A stretch of 32,000 nt of DNA, from assembly GCF_000012465.1 (NCBI RefSeq), contig NC_007335.2, positions 1,810,900 to 1,842,899 of the forward strand, written 5' to 3'. This document shows, piece by piece, positions 1-9,871 of this stretch. The notes under the pieces were generated by a model, which was not told the origin of the DNA, did no database searches, and saw nothing but the letters and a program-made list of their open reading frames with translations. This DNA comes from Prochlorococcus marinus str. NATL2A. Lineage in GTDB: Bacteria; Cyanobacteriota; Cyanobacteriia; PCC-6307; Cyanobiaceae. Position numbers and translations under genes: made by a program. Each line of letters begins with the position of its first letter. Within the stretch, counting starts at the first letter, position 1.

Positions 1-1121
1 CGACTCTTGGTTTTTTAACTGGAACTTATGCGATATCTCAGTTTGCTGCAGCCCCACTAATTGGAGCTATGAGTGATCGTTTCGGTCGTAAGCCAATCAT
101 GATCACATGTGTATCTGGTTCAGTAATAGGAATATGTCTATTTGCATTAACTGTAAGCCTGAATTGGGATAATTATTTACCTTTATGGGCCTCAACTTTA
201 CCTTTATCTTTACTATTTTTAGCCAGAATAATTGATGGTATCAGTGGCGGTACTGCAGCTACTGCTACTACAATACTTGCAGACATATCAACTCCCGAAA
301 ATCGCGCAAAAACCTTTGGATTAATTGGAGTAGCGTTTGGTTTGGGTTTTATTCTTGGGCCAGGATTAGGAACAGCTCTTGCTAAATTTAGTGTCACTTT
401 ACCGGTATGGGTCGCAAGCGGATTTGCAATATTTAATCTTATTTTTGTAATTTTCTTTTTACCGGAAACACTGCCCAAAAACAAAAGAAATTTATTACCA
501 AGAAAAAGAGATTTGAATCCAATCAGTCAGCTCTTGATTGTATTCAAAAACCCCTTAGCTAGAAGACTTTGCTTATCATTTTTTGTTTTCTTTATGGCAT
601 TTAATGGCTTTACAGCTGTTTTAGTCCTTTATTTAAAAGAAAAATTTGGATGGAGTCCTGAATTATGTAGTGCTGCTTTTATTGTCGTTGGAGTTATCGC
701 GATGATTGTTCAAGGAGGCCTAATTGGTCCTCTTGTAAAAAGATTTGGGGAGTCGAGATTAACTTTTGCTGGTATTGGCTTTGTAATGACAGGATGTATT
801 CTTTTAACTCTCGCAAATATAGATACGTCAATTCCTCTTGTATTTTCTGGCGTCGCAATACTTGCAATGGGAACTGGACTAGTAACTCCTAGTTTAAGAG
901 CACTAATTTCAAGAAGACTAAGTTCTATTGGTCAAGGAGCAGTATTGGGAAATCTGCAGGGTTTACAAAGTCTGGGAACTTTTCTTGGAGCAATAGCAGC
1001 AGGACGCTCATATGATCTTTTGGGTCCAAGAAGTCCATTCTTTGGCACAATATTGCTTCTAATATTTGTTATGTTTTTAATTTCAGGGAAAAGTCTTACC
1101 AAGCAAAAAGTAATCTCCTAG
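1..1121 (+). CDS. MFS-family transporter (drug/H+ antiporter-like), 5'-truncated by the window edge
   Basis: The frame of ORF 69..1121 stays open back to base 3 (TLGFLTGTYAISQFAAAPLIGAMSDRFGRKP). The MFS loop 2-3 signature G-x-x-x-D-R-x-G-R-K sits at the very start, so TM1-2 lie upstream of the window. The rest is a run of about 10 hydrophobic spans. Confidence 0.8.
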   Translation, partial: TLGFLTGTYAISQFAAAPLIGAMSDRFGRKPIMITCVSGSVIGICLFALTVSLNWDNYLPLWASTLPLSLLFLARIIDGISGGTAATATTILADISTPENRAKTFGLIGVAFGLGFILGPGLGTALAKFSVTLPVWVASGFAIFNLIFVIFFLPETLPKNKRNLLPRKRDLNPISQLLIVFKNPLARRLCLSFFVFFMAFNGFTAVLVLYLKEKFGWSPELCSAAFIVVGVIAMIVQGGLIGPLVKRFGESRLTFAGIGFVMTGCILLTLANIDTSIPLVFSGVAILAMGTGLVTPSLRALISRRLSSIGQGAVLGNLQGLQSLGTFLGAIAAGRSYDLLGPRSPFFGTILLLIFVMFLISGKSLTKQKVIS

Positions 1122-1169
1122 ACTGATAGATGATCAAGATATTAAAATAATAATTAGAAGTTAAATAAA

Positions 1170-3311
1170 TTGGTTATAGATATGACTAGTCCAAAAATCA
1201 ATAATGAAACTTATATTAATCGTGAACTCAGTTGGATAGATTTTAACAAACGTGTTTTAGAACTTGCTACAGAAGAGGAAACGCCATTACTAGAAAAAAT
1301 TAAATTCAGTTCAATTTTTAGCAATAATTTAGACGAATTTTTTATGGTTAGAGTTGCTTCATTAAAATCACAAGTAGAAGGTGGAATCTCAAAAAGAAGC
1401 CAAGATGGAAAATCACCTGAAGAACAACTTATCGGAATTCGAAATTATTTAGACCCTATTTTAAAGACGCAGCAATATAAAACAAAACAATATATTGAAG
1501 ATGACTTTAAAAAAGAGGATATATTTATTCTTGAATATAAAGAATTAAATGAAAGACAAAAAGTTTGGATAAATAATTATTTTACCACTGCAATTTTTCC
1601 GATACTAACTCCCTTAGCAGTTGACCCTTCTCATCCATTCCCATTTATAAGTAATCTTAGTTTAAATTTAGCTGCAATTATCGTCGATAGTGAATCAGAT
1701 AAAGAGCAATTTACCCGCATAAAAATTCCTGGAGAAAGTATTTCCAGATTTATAAGTATTCCAATTGAACTACATGATAATGAATCAACAAAATACACAG
1801 GAATAGCGATTGAACAAATCATTGCAAATAATCTGTCCATGCTTTTCCCTGGAATGAGTGTTAAAGAATATTCGTTCTTTCGCGTTACAAGAGATGCTGA
1901 TCTAGAGCTTCGAGACCTTGAAGCTGATGATTTAATGAGTGCTCTAGAAGAAGGTTTACGCAAGCGCCGCAAAGGAGGTGAAGTAGTCAGGCTCGAAGTC
2001 TCTACAAATACCCCAAAAGTGATTCTTGATCTTTTACAAGAAGGGATGAATATTGACAAAGAAAACTTATATCAAATTGAGGGGTTACTAGCATTAGATG
2101 AATTAATAGAATTAACTAATTTCAATCTTCCTAAATTAAAATTTAGAGAGCATCAAGGCGTTACTCATAATTCACTCAAAAATAGTCAATTACGAGAACA
2201 AGAAGAATTAGATACTAGAAGTAACAGCAATTTTAAAAGTATATTCTCCATTATTCGCCGTAGTGATTTACTAGTCCATCACCCATACAATCTATTCTCA
2301 ACATCAGTCGAAGAGTTTATTAATCAAGCTGCGGAAGATAAGCAAGTCATGGGAATCAAAATGACCTTGTATAGAATTTCCAAAGACTCTTTAATTATTG
2401 ATGCCCTAATAAGAGCTGCTGAGAAAGGAAAGCAAGTCATGGCTCTAGTTGAACTAAAAGCAAGATTTGATGAAGATAATAATATCCAATGGGCAAAACA
2501 ATTAGAGCAAGCTGGAGTGCATGTTGTCTATGGAGTAATTGGACTAAAAACTCATACAAAAATCGCTTTGATTATAAGAAAAGAAAAAAACAGATTAAGA
2601 ACATACTTTCATATTGGGACTGGTAATTATAATTCGAAGACGTCTAAAACATATACAGATTTTGGCTTACTGTCTTGCCAACCTGAACTTGGTCAAGATC
2701 TTATTGAACTATTTAATTATCTGACTGGATTTGCTAAACAACAATCCTACAGAAAATTATTAGTTGCACCGGTAACTCTTAGAAGTGGAATAGAAAAACT
2801 AATAAAAAGAGAAATCAATTATGCAAAAAATGGCTTACCAGCCAAGATAATAGCCAAAATGAACTCCCTAGTTGATCCAGAAATCATAAAATTACTTTAT
2901 ATAGCATCGCAGGAAGGAGTAAAAATTGAACTTATAATTAGAGGAATGTGCTGCCTATACCCTCAGAAAAAAGGGTTAAGCGAAAATATAAAAGTAACAA
3001 GCATTATTGGTAGATTTTTAGAACATTCAAGAATCTTTTGGTTTAATAACGATGGAGATGCAGAAGTATTTATTGGTAGTGCAGATTGGATGAGGCGTAA
3101 TTTAGATAGAAGAGTTGAAGCAGTTACACCTATTGAAGAGAATAAGATTAAAAAAGAAATTAAACATTTATTAGATTCTTATTTAGAAGCAAATCAAGAC
3201 TCTTGGAACATGCAAAGTGATGGAAGCTATACCAAGAATCAAATTTTGAATGATAAGAAAAAATATATTCAAGAAAAAATTATTAAGCTATACAAAAAAG
3301 AAGAAAATTAA
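1170..3311 (+). CDS. ppk: Polyphosphate kinase 1 (PPK1)
   Basis: 713 aa. The N-terminus YINRELSWIDFNKRVLELA, the block SNNLDEFFMVRV, and the C-terminal tandem PLD-like domains (KTHTKIALI...; GRFLEHSRIF) are typical of PPK1. The start is either TTG at 1170 or ATG at 1182. Confidence 0.95.
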   Translation: MVIDMTSPKINNETYINRELSWIDFNKRVLELATEEETPLLEKIKFSSIFSNNLDEFFMVRVASLKSQVEGGISKRSQDGKSPEEQLIGIRNYLDPILKTQQYKTKQYIEDDFKKEDIFILEYKELNERQKVWINNYFTTAIFPILTPLAVDPSHPFPFISNLSLNLAAIIVDSESDKEQFTRIKIPGESISRFISIPIELHDNESTKYTGIAIEQIIANNLSMLFPGMSVKEYSFFRVTRDADLELRDLEADDLMSALEEGLRKRRKGGEVVRLEVSTNTPKVILDLLQEGMNIDKENLYQIEGLLALDELIELTNFNLPKLKFREHQGVTHNSLKNSQLREQEELDTRSNSNFKSIFSIIRRSDLLVHHPYNLFSTSVEEFINQAAEDKQVMGIKMTLYRISKDSLIIDALIRAAEKGKQVMALVELKARFDEDNNIQWAKQLEQAGVHVVYGVIGLKTHTKIALIIRKEKNRLRTYFHIGTGNYNSKTSKTYTDFGLLSCQPELGQDLIELFNYLTGFAKQQSYRKLLVAPVTLRSGIEKLIKREINYAKNGLPAKIIAKMNSLVDPEIIKLLYIASQEGVKIELIIRGMCCLYPQKKGLSENIKVTSIIGRFLEHSRIFWFNNDGDAEVFIGSADWMRRNLDRRVEAVTPIEENKIKKEIKHLLDSYLEANQDSWNMQSDGSYTKNQILNDKKKYIQEKIIKLYKKEEN

Positions 3312-3376
3312 AAAAATTTCATAGCTTTTTTTAAATATTTAATCTATTTTTTTGATGCGCTTTATACCTAATTAGG

Positions 3377-3397
3377 CGAAAAATCATAAATTTTTCG
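3377..3397. promoter_or_regulatory. Inverted repeat CGAAAAAT-N5-ATTTTTCG in the ppk / sigma-factor intergenic region
   Basis: It has perfect 8-bp arms (3377..3384 and 3390..3397) and lies immediately upstream of a possible TTTCAA-N16-TATAAG promoter for the sigma-factor gene. Its function is unknown. Confidence 0.3.
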
Positions 3398-3463
3398 TTT
3401 CAATTAGTCAACTTCTCCTTATAAGTGCTAACTTCTTAATAAATCTAATTTCAAGAGGCCAGG

Positions 3464-4489
3464 GTGATGGGGATCCCGCTGGAATCTGCCAAGGAAATTT
3501 CTGATGTTTCATCGGGAAAATCTAATTCGGCAAGCACAAGTCAAAAACTATCTGCATCAACTGTAAGTAGTCAAAAATCTCGAAGTTCTAGAAGACAAAG
3601 TAATCGTCTAGCTACTGATGCGATAGGTTTTTATCTAACAAGTATTGGCAGAGTCCCACTTCTGACTCCTGCAGAAGAAATTGAGCTTGCTCATCATGTT
3701 CAACAAATGAAAGATTTGTTGAATCTTCCTCTTGAAGAACGCTCTACCCGCCAGAAGCACAAAATAAAAATGGGTAAACGGGCAAGAGATCGCATGATGG
3801 CTGCAAATCTTAGACTTGTTGTAAGTGTTGCAAAAAAATATCAAAATCAAGGTCTCGAATTACTCGATTTAGTTCAAGAAGGTGCCATTGGATTAGAAAG
3901 AGCTGTTGATAAATTTGATCCTGCAATGGGTTATAAATTCTCAACCTATGCGTACTGGTGGATAAGGCAAGGGATGACTCGTGCCATTGATAACAGTGCT
4001 AGAACTATTCGACTGCCAATACACATCAGCGAAAAACTTTCAAAAATGCGCCGCATATCGCGTGAATTATCTCATCGATTTGGGAGGCAACCAAATCGAC
4101 TCGAGTTGGCAAACGCAATGGGAATTGAACCTCAAGATCTAGAAGATCTAGTGTCTCAAAGTGCACCATGTGCCTCTCTTGATGCTCATGCAAGAGGCGA
4201 AGAAGATCGTAGTACTCTTGGAGAATTAATTCCAGACCCAAATTCTGATGAACCCATGGAAGGGATGGATAGAAGTATTCAAAAAGAACATCTCGGAGGC
4301 TGGTTATCTCAATTAAATGAGAGAGAGCAAAAAATCATGAGACTTCGCTTTGGACTTGATGGAGAAGAACCACTTACTCTAGCTGAAATTGGAAGACAGA
4401 TAAACGTTTCTAGAGAACGTGTAAGACAACTTGAGGCTAAAGCAATTTTAAAATTGAGGGTAATGACTACTCATCAAAACGCTGCCTAA
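3464..4489 (+). CDS. RNA polymerase sigma-70 family factor, group-2-like
   Basis: Region 1.2 (DAIGFYLTSIGRVPLLTPAEEIELA), region 2 (ANLRLVVSVAKKYQNQGLELLDLVQEGAIGLERAVDKFDP..GYKFSTYAYWWIRQ), region 3, and region 4.2 (TLAEIGRQINVSRERVRQLEAKAILKL) are all present. At 341 aa it lacks the long region 1.1 of a primary SigA. GTG at 3464 is immediately followed by ATG at 3467. Confidence 0.9.
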   Translation: MMGIPLESAKEISDVSSGKSNSASTSQKLSASTVSSQKSRSSRRQSNRLATDAIGFYLTSIGRVPLLTPAEEIELAHHVQQMKDLLNLPLEERSTRQKHKIKMGKRARDRMMAANLRLVVSVAKKYQNQGLELLDLVQEGAIGLERAVDKFDPAMGYKFSTYAYWWIRQGMTRAIDNSARTIRLPIHISEKLSKMRRISRELSHRFGRQPNRLELANAMGIEPQDLEDLVSQSAPCASLDAHARGEEDRSTLGELIPDPNSDEPMEGMDRSIQKEHLGGWLSQLNEREQKIMRLRFGLDGEEPLTLAEIGRQINVSRERVRQLEAKAILKLRVMTTHQNAA

Positions 4490-4492
4490 ACA

Positions 4493-5146
4493 TTGCCTAT
4501 TCAAATAGCTGTTTTTGTTATTGCTTTATGGATAATTATAATTTTATTGATTGCATTTTTATGTAAGAGATATTTTCCTAAACAAGAGGAGTTAAGTAGA
4601 AAAATTATTCATATAGGAACAGGGCCCGTAATTCTTTTAGCTTGGTTATTTGATATTCCAAAAAATATAGCTTTCTTATCTGCATTGTTTATCACCCTAG
4701 CCTTAGGTATTAATTATCAATATCGTTTATTACCTGCCATTGAAGATATCGAAAGAAAAAGTTTTGGAACAATTGCATATGGCATCAGTATCACACTTTT
4801 ACTTCTATTATTCTGGCCTCGCTACGCATCATCTATTTCCATTGGAGTCCTATCAATGGCTTTTGGTGATGGATTCGCGGGTTTAATCGGAAGATCTATT
4901 AACTCTCCAAAATGGTCAGTACTTGGTCAAACAAAATCGATTGTTGGAACATTAACAATGACATCAGTAGTAGCCATAACTACTTCAATTATCTCTTCAA
5001 CTAATAATTTAGGCATACAACCACTAGATATTTTAGGTATATCACTCATAGCAACTTTTTTAGAACAAATAAGTCCTTGGGGCATTGATAATCTAACTGT
5101 TCCTATTGGAGTAACTTGTATTGGAATATGGTTAGTAGGAATATAA
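4493..5146 (+). CDS. Phytol kinase / dolichol-kinase-like CTP-dependent polyprenol kinase (VTE5 family) membrane protein
   Basis: 217 aa and polytopic. The motifs SRKIIHIGTGP and AFGDGFAGLIGR resemble the VTE5/DolK/CdsA-like family. It has a TTG start 3 nt after the sigma-factor stop and no in-frame ATG near the N-terminus. Confidence 0.6.
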   Translation: MPIQIAVFVIALWIIIILLIAFLCKRYFPKQEELSRKIIHIGTGPVILLAWLFDIPKNIAFLSALFITLALGINYQYRLLPAIEDIERKSFGTIAYGISITLLLLLFWPRYASSISIGVLSMAFGDGFAGLIGRSINSPKWSVLGQTKSIVGTLTMTSVVAITTSIISSTNNLGIQPLDILGISLIATFLEQISPWGIDNLTVPIGVTCIGIWLVGI

Positions 5147-5160
5147 ACAGTTAACTACAT

Positions 5161-6231
5161 TTATTTGACCGATTCAGCTAGTTCTTCTAATAAAATTTCA
5201 GTTGTAGAAAAGTTTATGCATGCATCCGTAACACTTTGCCCATAGGTAAGTTTTGACAAATCTGAATTTAATTTCTGATTACCCTCAACAAGATGACTTT
5301 CTATCATTACGCCCATTAGATTCTTTGATCCACCTCTTATCTGTGCTGCTACGTCTTTTAAAACTTCTGATTGTCTACGAAAATCTTTATTAGAATTACC
5401 ATGACTACAATCAACCATCACTTTTCCAGGCATATTAAATTGTGCTAATTCATCTGCAATTAAATTAATTGCATCAAGATGGTAGTTAGTTCCATTCTTA
5501 CCACCTCTTAAAACAAGATGACCATTTGGATTACCTGTAGTACTAACTATTGAGGCATGACCATCATGATTAATTCCTAAAAAATGATGAGGTTTTGAGG
5601 CCGCTTGCATTGCATTAATCGCAATCGTAGCTGTCCCATCAGTACCATTCTTATAACCAACCGGCATTGATAATCCAGACGCCATTTCACGATGAGTCTG
5701 ACTCTCTGTCGTTCTTGCTCCAATAGCAGTCCAACTAATTAAATCAGCAATATATTGAGGAACAACTGGATCAAGTAATTCAGTTGCAGCCGGCATTCCT
5801 GCTTTGGCTAAATCAAGTAATAGACCTCTTGCCTTTCTTAAGCCAGTATTAATATCGTAAGAATTATCAAGATGAGGGTCATTAATAAGTCCTTTCCAGC
5901 CAACAGTTGTGCGTGGTTTCTCAAAGTAAACACGCATAACAATCTCAAGCTTTTGACTATATCTCTCCCTCAATGGGGCTAAACGATTTGCATATTCAAT
6001 GGCCGCATCAACATCATGAACCGAACACGGTCCAACAATGACCAAAATTCTTGGATCATTACCATGAAGAATTGATTGAATCTTATTGCGAGTAGTAGAG
6101 ACAACTCCAGAGGATGCCTTATCTAAAGGCAAATCTCTATGAATTAATGCTGGTGACATTAATGGACGAGTCTCGACCACATGAAGGTCGGAGGTGCTAT
6201 CCACCATTGAAAAATATGATGAGGTGGACAT
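5161..6231 (-). CDS. aroG: 3-deoxy-7-phosphoheptulonate (DAHP) synthase, class I
   Basis: 356 aa. The blocks GPCSVHD, KPRTTVGWKGLINDPHLDNSYDINTGL and MVDCSHGNS are near-identical to enterobacterial AroG/F/H blocks. Which isozyme name applies is nominal. Confidence 0.9.
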   Translation of the reverse strand: MSTSSYFSMVDSTSDLHVVETRPLMSPALIHRDLPLDKASSGVVSTTRNKIQSILHGNDPRILVIVGPCSVHDVDAAIEYANRLAPLRERYSQKLEIVMRVYFEKPRTTVGWKGLINDPHLDNSYDINTGLRKARGLLLDLAKAGMPAATELLDPVVPQYIADLISWTAIGARTTESQTHREMASGLSMPVGYKNGTDGTATIAINAMQAASKPHHFLGINHDGHASIVSTTGNPNGHLVLRGGKNGTNYHLDAINLIADELAQFNMPGKVMVDCSHGNSNKDFRRQSEVLKDVAAQIRGGSKNLMGVMIESHLVEGNQKLNSDLSKLTYGQSVTDACINFSTTEILLEELAESVK

Positions 6232-6384
6232 TTAAAGCGTGATCATAGATATAAGATTAGAGAAGTATCAGTCATAGGGGGGTAATAAATTGCATTATCT
6301 GAATGTTTGTTCAAGAATCATGCGGTTGTAAACAATGAAAACAAAAGGCTCACACTCAAATACATTCTCTTTTGAGATTTAAAA

Positions 6385-8985
6385 ATGCTAAAAGATTACT
6401 TATCACATGTTGCAGAAAGAGAAGCTTTGGGGATCCCTCCACTTCCTTTAGATGCAAAACAGACTCAAGTTTTAACAGAGTTATTAGAAAAACCAGATCA
6501 AGGTATCGATCAAAACTTCTTACTTGATCTTCTTGTTAATCGAATTCCTCCCGGAGTTGATCAAGCCTCTTATGTCAAAGCGACTTGGCTTAGCTCAATT
6601 GCTCAAGAAGAATCAAAAAGTCCGTTAGTAAATCCTCTAAAAGCAACTGAGCTTTTAGGTACAATGATTGGCGGATATAATGTAGCAGCGTTAATTGAAA
6701 TACTAAAATCTAATAATAAAGAATTAGCAACTTCAGCCTGTAATGCACTAAGTAATACTCTTTTAGTTTATGACGCTTTAAACGACATTTTAGAGTTAGC
6801 AAAAACTAATATTTATGCAAAAAAAGTTATCAATAGCTGGTCTAATGGAGAATGGTTCACGAATAAACAACCCTTAGCTCAAGAAATAACAGTAACAGTA
6901 TTTAAAGTTGAAGGAGAAACAAATACAGACGACCTCTCTCCAGCAACTCATGCCACAACAAGACCAGATATTCCTTTACATGCTCTAGCGATGCTAGAAA
7001 CTCGAGATCCAAATGGTTTAAGGACTATTGAAGAATTAAAAAAGAAAGGATATCCAATTGCATATGTTGGCGATGTCGTTGGAACAGGAAGCTCTAGAAA
7101 GTCAGCAATTAACTCAGTCCTGTGGCATACAGGACAAGACATACCTTACGTACCAAATAAAAGAGGGAGTGGGGTTGTAATAGGAGGCAAAATTGCTCCT
7201 ATTTTCTTTAATACTGCTGAAGATTCAGGTGCACTTCCAATTGAATGCGATGTAAGCAATCTCAAAACAGGTGATGTAATTACTATTTTTCCTTACAAAG
7301 GAGAAGTTAGAAGAAGTAAAAATGAGACAAACAGTGGAGAACTTCTATCAAAATTTGACTTAAAACCACAAACTATTACTGATGAAGTAAGAGCGGGTGG
7401 GCGAATTCCTTTAATGATTGGAAGAGCTTTGACAGACAAAGTTAGAACAAAATTAAAACTTCCACCCTCTACTCTTTTTATTCGTCCTGGTCAGCCACCT
7501 GCATCAAAGTATGGGTTTACACAAGCTCAAAAAATGGTTGGAAAAGCTTGCGGTTTAGAAGGCGTGCTCCCTGGTGCAAGTTGTGAGCCAATAATGACAA
7601 CAGTTGGTAGTCAAGACACTACTGGTCCGATGACTAGAGATGAAATGAAAGAATTAGCGTGTTTAGGATTTTCTGCTGATTTAGTTATGCAGAGTTTCTG
7701 TCATACGGCAGCATATCCCAAGCCTGTTGATATCAAAACTCAAAAAGAACTCCCTGATTTTTTTGCTGAAAGAGGAGGAATAGCATTAAAACCCGGTGAT
7801 GGAATTATTCACAGTTGGTTAAACAGGATGCTTTTGCCTGACACAGTCGGGACAGGTGGCGATAGTCATACACGATTCCCGTTGGGCATCTCATTTCCAG
7901 GAGGTTCGGGAGTAGTGGCATTTGCGGCAGCCATTGGTTCCATGCCTTTAGATATGCCGGAGTCAGTTCTTGTTAGATTTACAGGGTCTTTGCAAACTGG
8001 TGTCACTTTAAGAGATGTAGTTAATGCCATTCCGTGGATGGCCATACAACAAGGTCTTCTGACCGTCGCAAAAGCAAACAAAGTTAATGTGTTCAATGGA
8101 AAGATATTAGAAATTGAAGGTCTACCAAACCTAAAATTAGAGCAAGCCTTTGAGTTGACTGATGCAAGTGCAGAAAGATCTTGTGCTGGATGTACTATTC
8201 AACTGTCTGAATCAACAATCAGTGAGTATTTAAAAAGCAATATTGTTTTACTTAAAAATATGATTGCTAGAGGATATCAAGACTCACGAACAATAAGTAG
8301 AAGAATTAAAGAAATGGAATATTGGTTAAAAAAACCAAATTTACTATCAGCCGACTCAAATGCTCAATACTCAGAAACCATCGAAATAGACTTGAATGAA
8401 CTGAAAGAACCTGTTTTAGCTTGTCCTAATGATCCTGATAACGTCAAACTTTTAAGCGAAGTCGCAGGCACTCCCATTCAAGAGGTTTTTATTGGTTCGT
8501 GTATGACTAATATTGGTCATTATCGAGCCGCTGCAAAAATTCTCGAAGGAGAGGGAAAGATATCAGCGCGATTATGGGTATGTCCGCCAACACGAATGGA
8601 CGAAGAAATTTTGAAAAAAGAAGGATACTACGAGATTTTTGAAAAAGCTGGTAGCCGAATGGAAATGCCTGGTTGTTCTCTATGCATGGGCAATCAAGCT
8701 CGTGTAGAAGATAATTCAACTGTTTTCTCAACAAGTACAAGAAATTTCAACAACAGATTAGGGAAAGGAGCTCAAGTGTTCTTAGGAAGTGCAGAATTGG
8801 CTGCTGTTTGCGCTTTGTTAGGTCATATCCCTACAACTGATGAATATCTTGCAATAGCTTCCAAAAAAGTTTCACCAATAACTGACGAAATCTACAGATA
8901 CTTAAACTTTAATGAAATACCAAACTTTATAGAAGATGGTCGTGTAATAACAAAAGAAGAAGAAGCCTCTATTTTACAAACCTAA
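6385..8985 (+). CDS. acnB: Aconitate hydratase B / 2-methylisocitrate dehydratase
   Basis: 866 aa. It has the AcnB-specific N-terminal HEAT-like and swivel domains ([22 protein letters not shown]...). The Fe-S cluster Cys motifs are present in the C-terminal half ([23 protein letters not shown]). Confidence 0.95.
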   Translation: MLKDYLSHVAEREALGIPPLPLDAKQTQVLTELLEKPDQGIDQNFLLDLLVNRIPPGVDQASYVKATWLSSIAQEESKSPLVNPLKATELLGTMIGGYNVAALIEILKSNNKELATSACNALSNTLLVYDALNDILELAKTNIYAKKVINSWSNGEWFTNKQPLAQEITVTVFKVEGETNTDDLSPATHATTRPDIPLHALAMLETRDPNGLRTIEELKKKGYPIAYVGDVVGTGSSRKSAINSVLWHTGQDIPYVPNKRGSGVVIGGKIAPIFFNTAEDSGALPIECDVSNLKTGDVITIFPYKGEVRRSKNETNSGELLSKFDLKPQTITDEVRAGGRIPLMIGRALTDKVRTKLKLPPSTLFIRPGQPPASKYGFTQAQKMVGKACGLEGVLPGASCEPIMTTVGSQDTTGPMTRDEMKELACLGFSADLVMQSFCHTAAYPKPVDIKTQKELPDFFAERGGIALKPGDGIIHSWLNRMLLPDTVGTGGDSHTRFPLGISFPGGSGVVAFAAAIGSMPLDMPESVLVRFTGSLQTGVTLRDVVNAIPWMAIQQGLLTVAKANKVNVFNGKILEIEGLPNLKLEQAFELTDASAERSCAGCTIQLSESTISEYLKSNIVLLKNMIARGYQDSRTISRRIKEMEYWLKKPNLLSADSNAQYSETIEIDLNELKEPVLACPNDPDNVKLLSEVAGTPIQEVFIGSCMTNIGHYRAAAKILEGEGKISARLWVCPPTRMDEEILKKEGYYEIFEKAGSRMEMPGCSLCMGNQARVEDNSTVFSTSTRNFNNRLGKGAQVFLGSAELAAVCALLGHIPTTDEYLAIASKKVSPITDEIYRYLNFNEIPNFIEDGRVITKEEEASILQT

Positions 8986-8995
8986 ATTGAATTAA

Positions 8996-9847
8996 ATGAT
9001 CAAAAGTAAAAGTCAAAATCCAATACAAAAAAAATCAACTCAAAGCATAAAAAAACTTCTTCAGAGGAAATGGCTAAATGTAATTCTTGCTCTCATACTT
9101 ACAGGTTTAGGCGCAGCATTAACAGGAATATTATTTAAAACTGGAATTCATACATTAGAAGATTATCGATCAAATCTTCTTGCCTCTATGCCTAGATGGA
9201 TAGTTTTACCAATACTAGGAGCATTGGGAGGATTGATTTCTGGATCGCTCATTCAAAATTTTGCCCCTGCAGCAAAAGGAGCGGGCGTAAGTCACATCAT
9301 TGCTTTTCTTCGCCATAAGCCAGTCCCCATGGGATTAAGAGTTGGAATAGTAAAACTGTTTGCTGGAATTATTGCTATTGGAAGTGGATTTCCGCTAGGA
9401 CCAGAAGGCCCAGCAGTACAAATGGGAGGATCTGTTGCTTGGAAAATGGCAAAATGGCTAAAAGCCCCTATTTCATTTCGCAGAGTCATAGTTGCAGCAG
9501 GCGGAGGAGCTGGAATTGCAGCAATTTTTAGTGCACCTATTGGAGGCTTTGTCTATGCAATTGAAGAACTTCTAAATTCAGCCAGACCAGTAGTCCTCTT
9601 GCTAGTAGTAGTAACAACTTTCTGGGCTGATAGTTGCGCTGATATTTTGCAAGCGATTGGACTAGATCAAAAAGCTGGTGGATTTGTTAATAATTTAGGT
9701 TTTCAATTAGAGAGAGCATATACACCTGTAATCGAATTCTTTCCAATAGATTTTTTATACCTAATTTTTTTAGGAATTATATTAGGATTATTAGCAGAAA
9801 TGTATTGCCGATATGTTTTAAAAATGCAAGTTCTAGGCAATAAATAG
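8996..9847 (+). CDS. ClC-family anion channel/transporter, N-terminal half; ends at in-frame TAG 9845..9847
   Basis: It is collinear with helices A-I of ClC-ec1, including FAPAAKGAGVSHI, GSGFPLGPEGPAVQMGG and FSAPIGGFVYAIEEL. It terminates in the equivalent of the I-J linker. See the findings. Confidence 0.75.
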   Translation: MIKSKSQNPIQKKSTQSIKKLLQRKWLNVILALILTGLGAALTGILFKTGIHTLEDYRSNLLASMPRWIVLPILGALGGLISGSLIQNFAPAAKGAGVSHIIAFLRHKPVPMGLRVGIVKLFAGIIAIGSGFPLGPEGPAVQMGGSVAWKMAKWLKAPISFRRVIVAAGGGAGIAAIFSAPIGGFVYAIEELLNSARPVVLLLVVVTTFWADSCADILQAIGLDQKAGGFVNNLGFQLERAYTPVIEFFPIDFLYLIFLGIILGLLAEMYCRYVLKMQVLGNK

Positions 9848-9871
9848 TTTAAAAATAAAACCATTGAAAGA

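Noticed and set aside
1122-1169. I looked for Pho-box-like tandem repeats upstream of ppk and a TPP riboswitch upstream of the ThiO-like gene (12517..12590).
   Set aside because: The spacers are only 48 and 74 nt. Neither contains 8-bp direct repeats at 11-nt phasing or the conserved CUGAGA/ACCUGA TPP core.
1631-2059. A 142-aa ORF antisense to ppk. Similar antisense ORFs occur at 173..484, 3635..3850, 4026..4241, 6948..7142, 7866..8096, 8507..8740, 9292..9489, 11951..12145, 13988..14321, 16089..16286, 17178..17408, 17640..17855, 19517..19711, 20329..20700, 22060..22441, 24073..24342, 24971..25159, 26007..26201, 26812..27195, 27961..28170, 28340..28734, 29744..30028, 30700..31014 and 31411..31611.
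   Set aside because: All lie entirely inside well-supported genes on the opposite strand or in another frame. Their translations are low-complexity (for example SRSSRSASL) with no recognisable motifs. They are the usual shadow frames of real genes.
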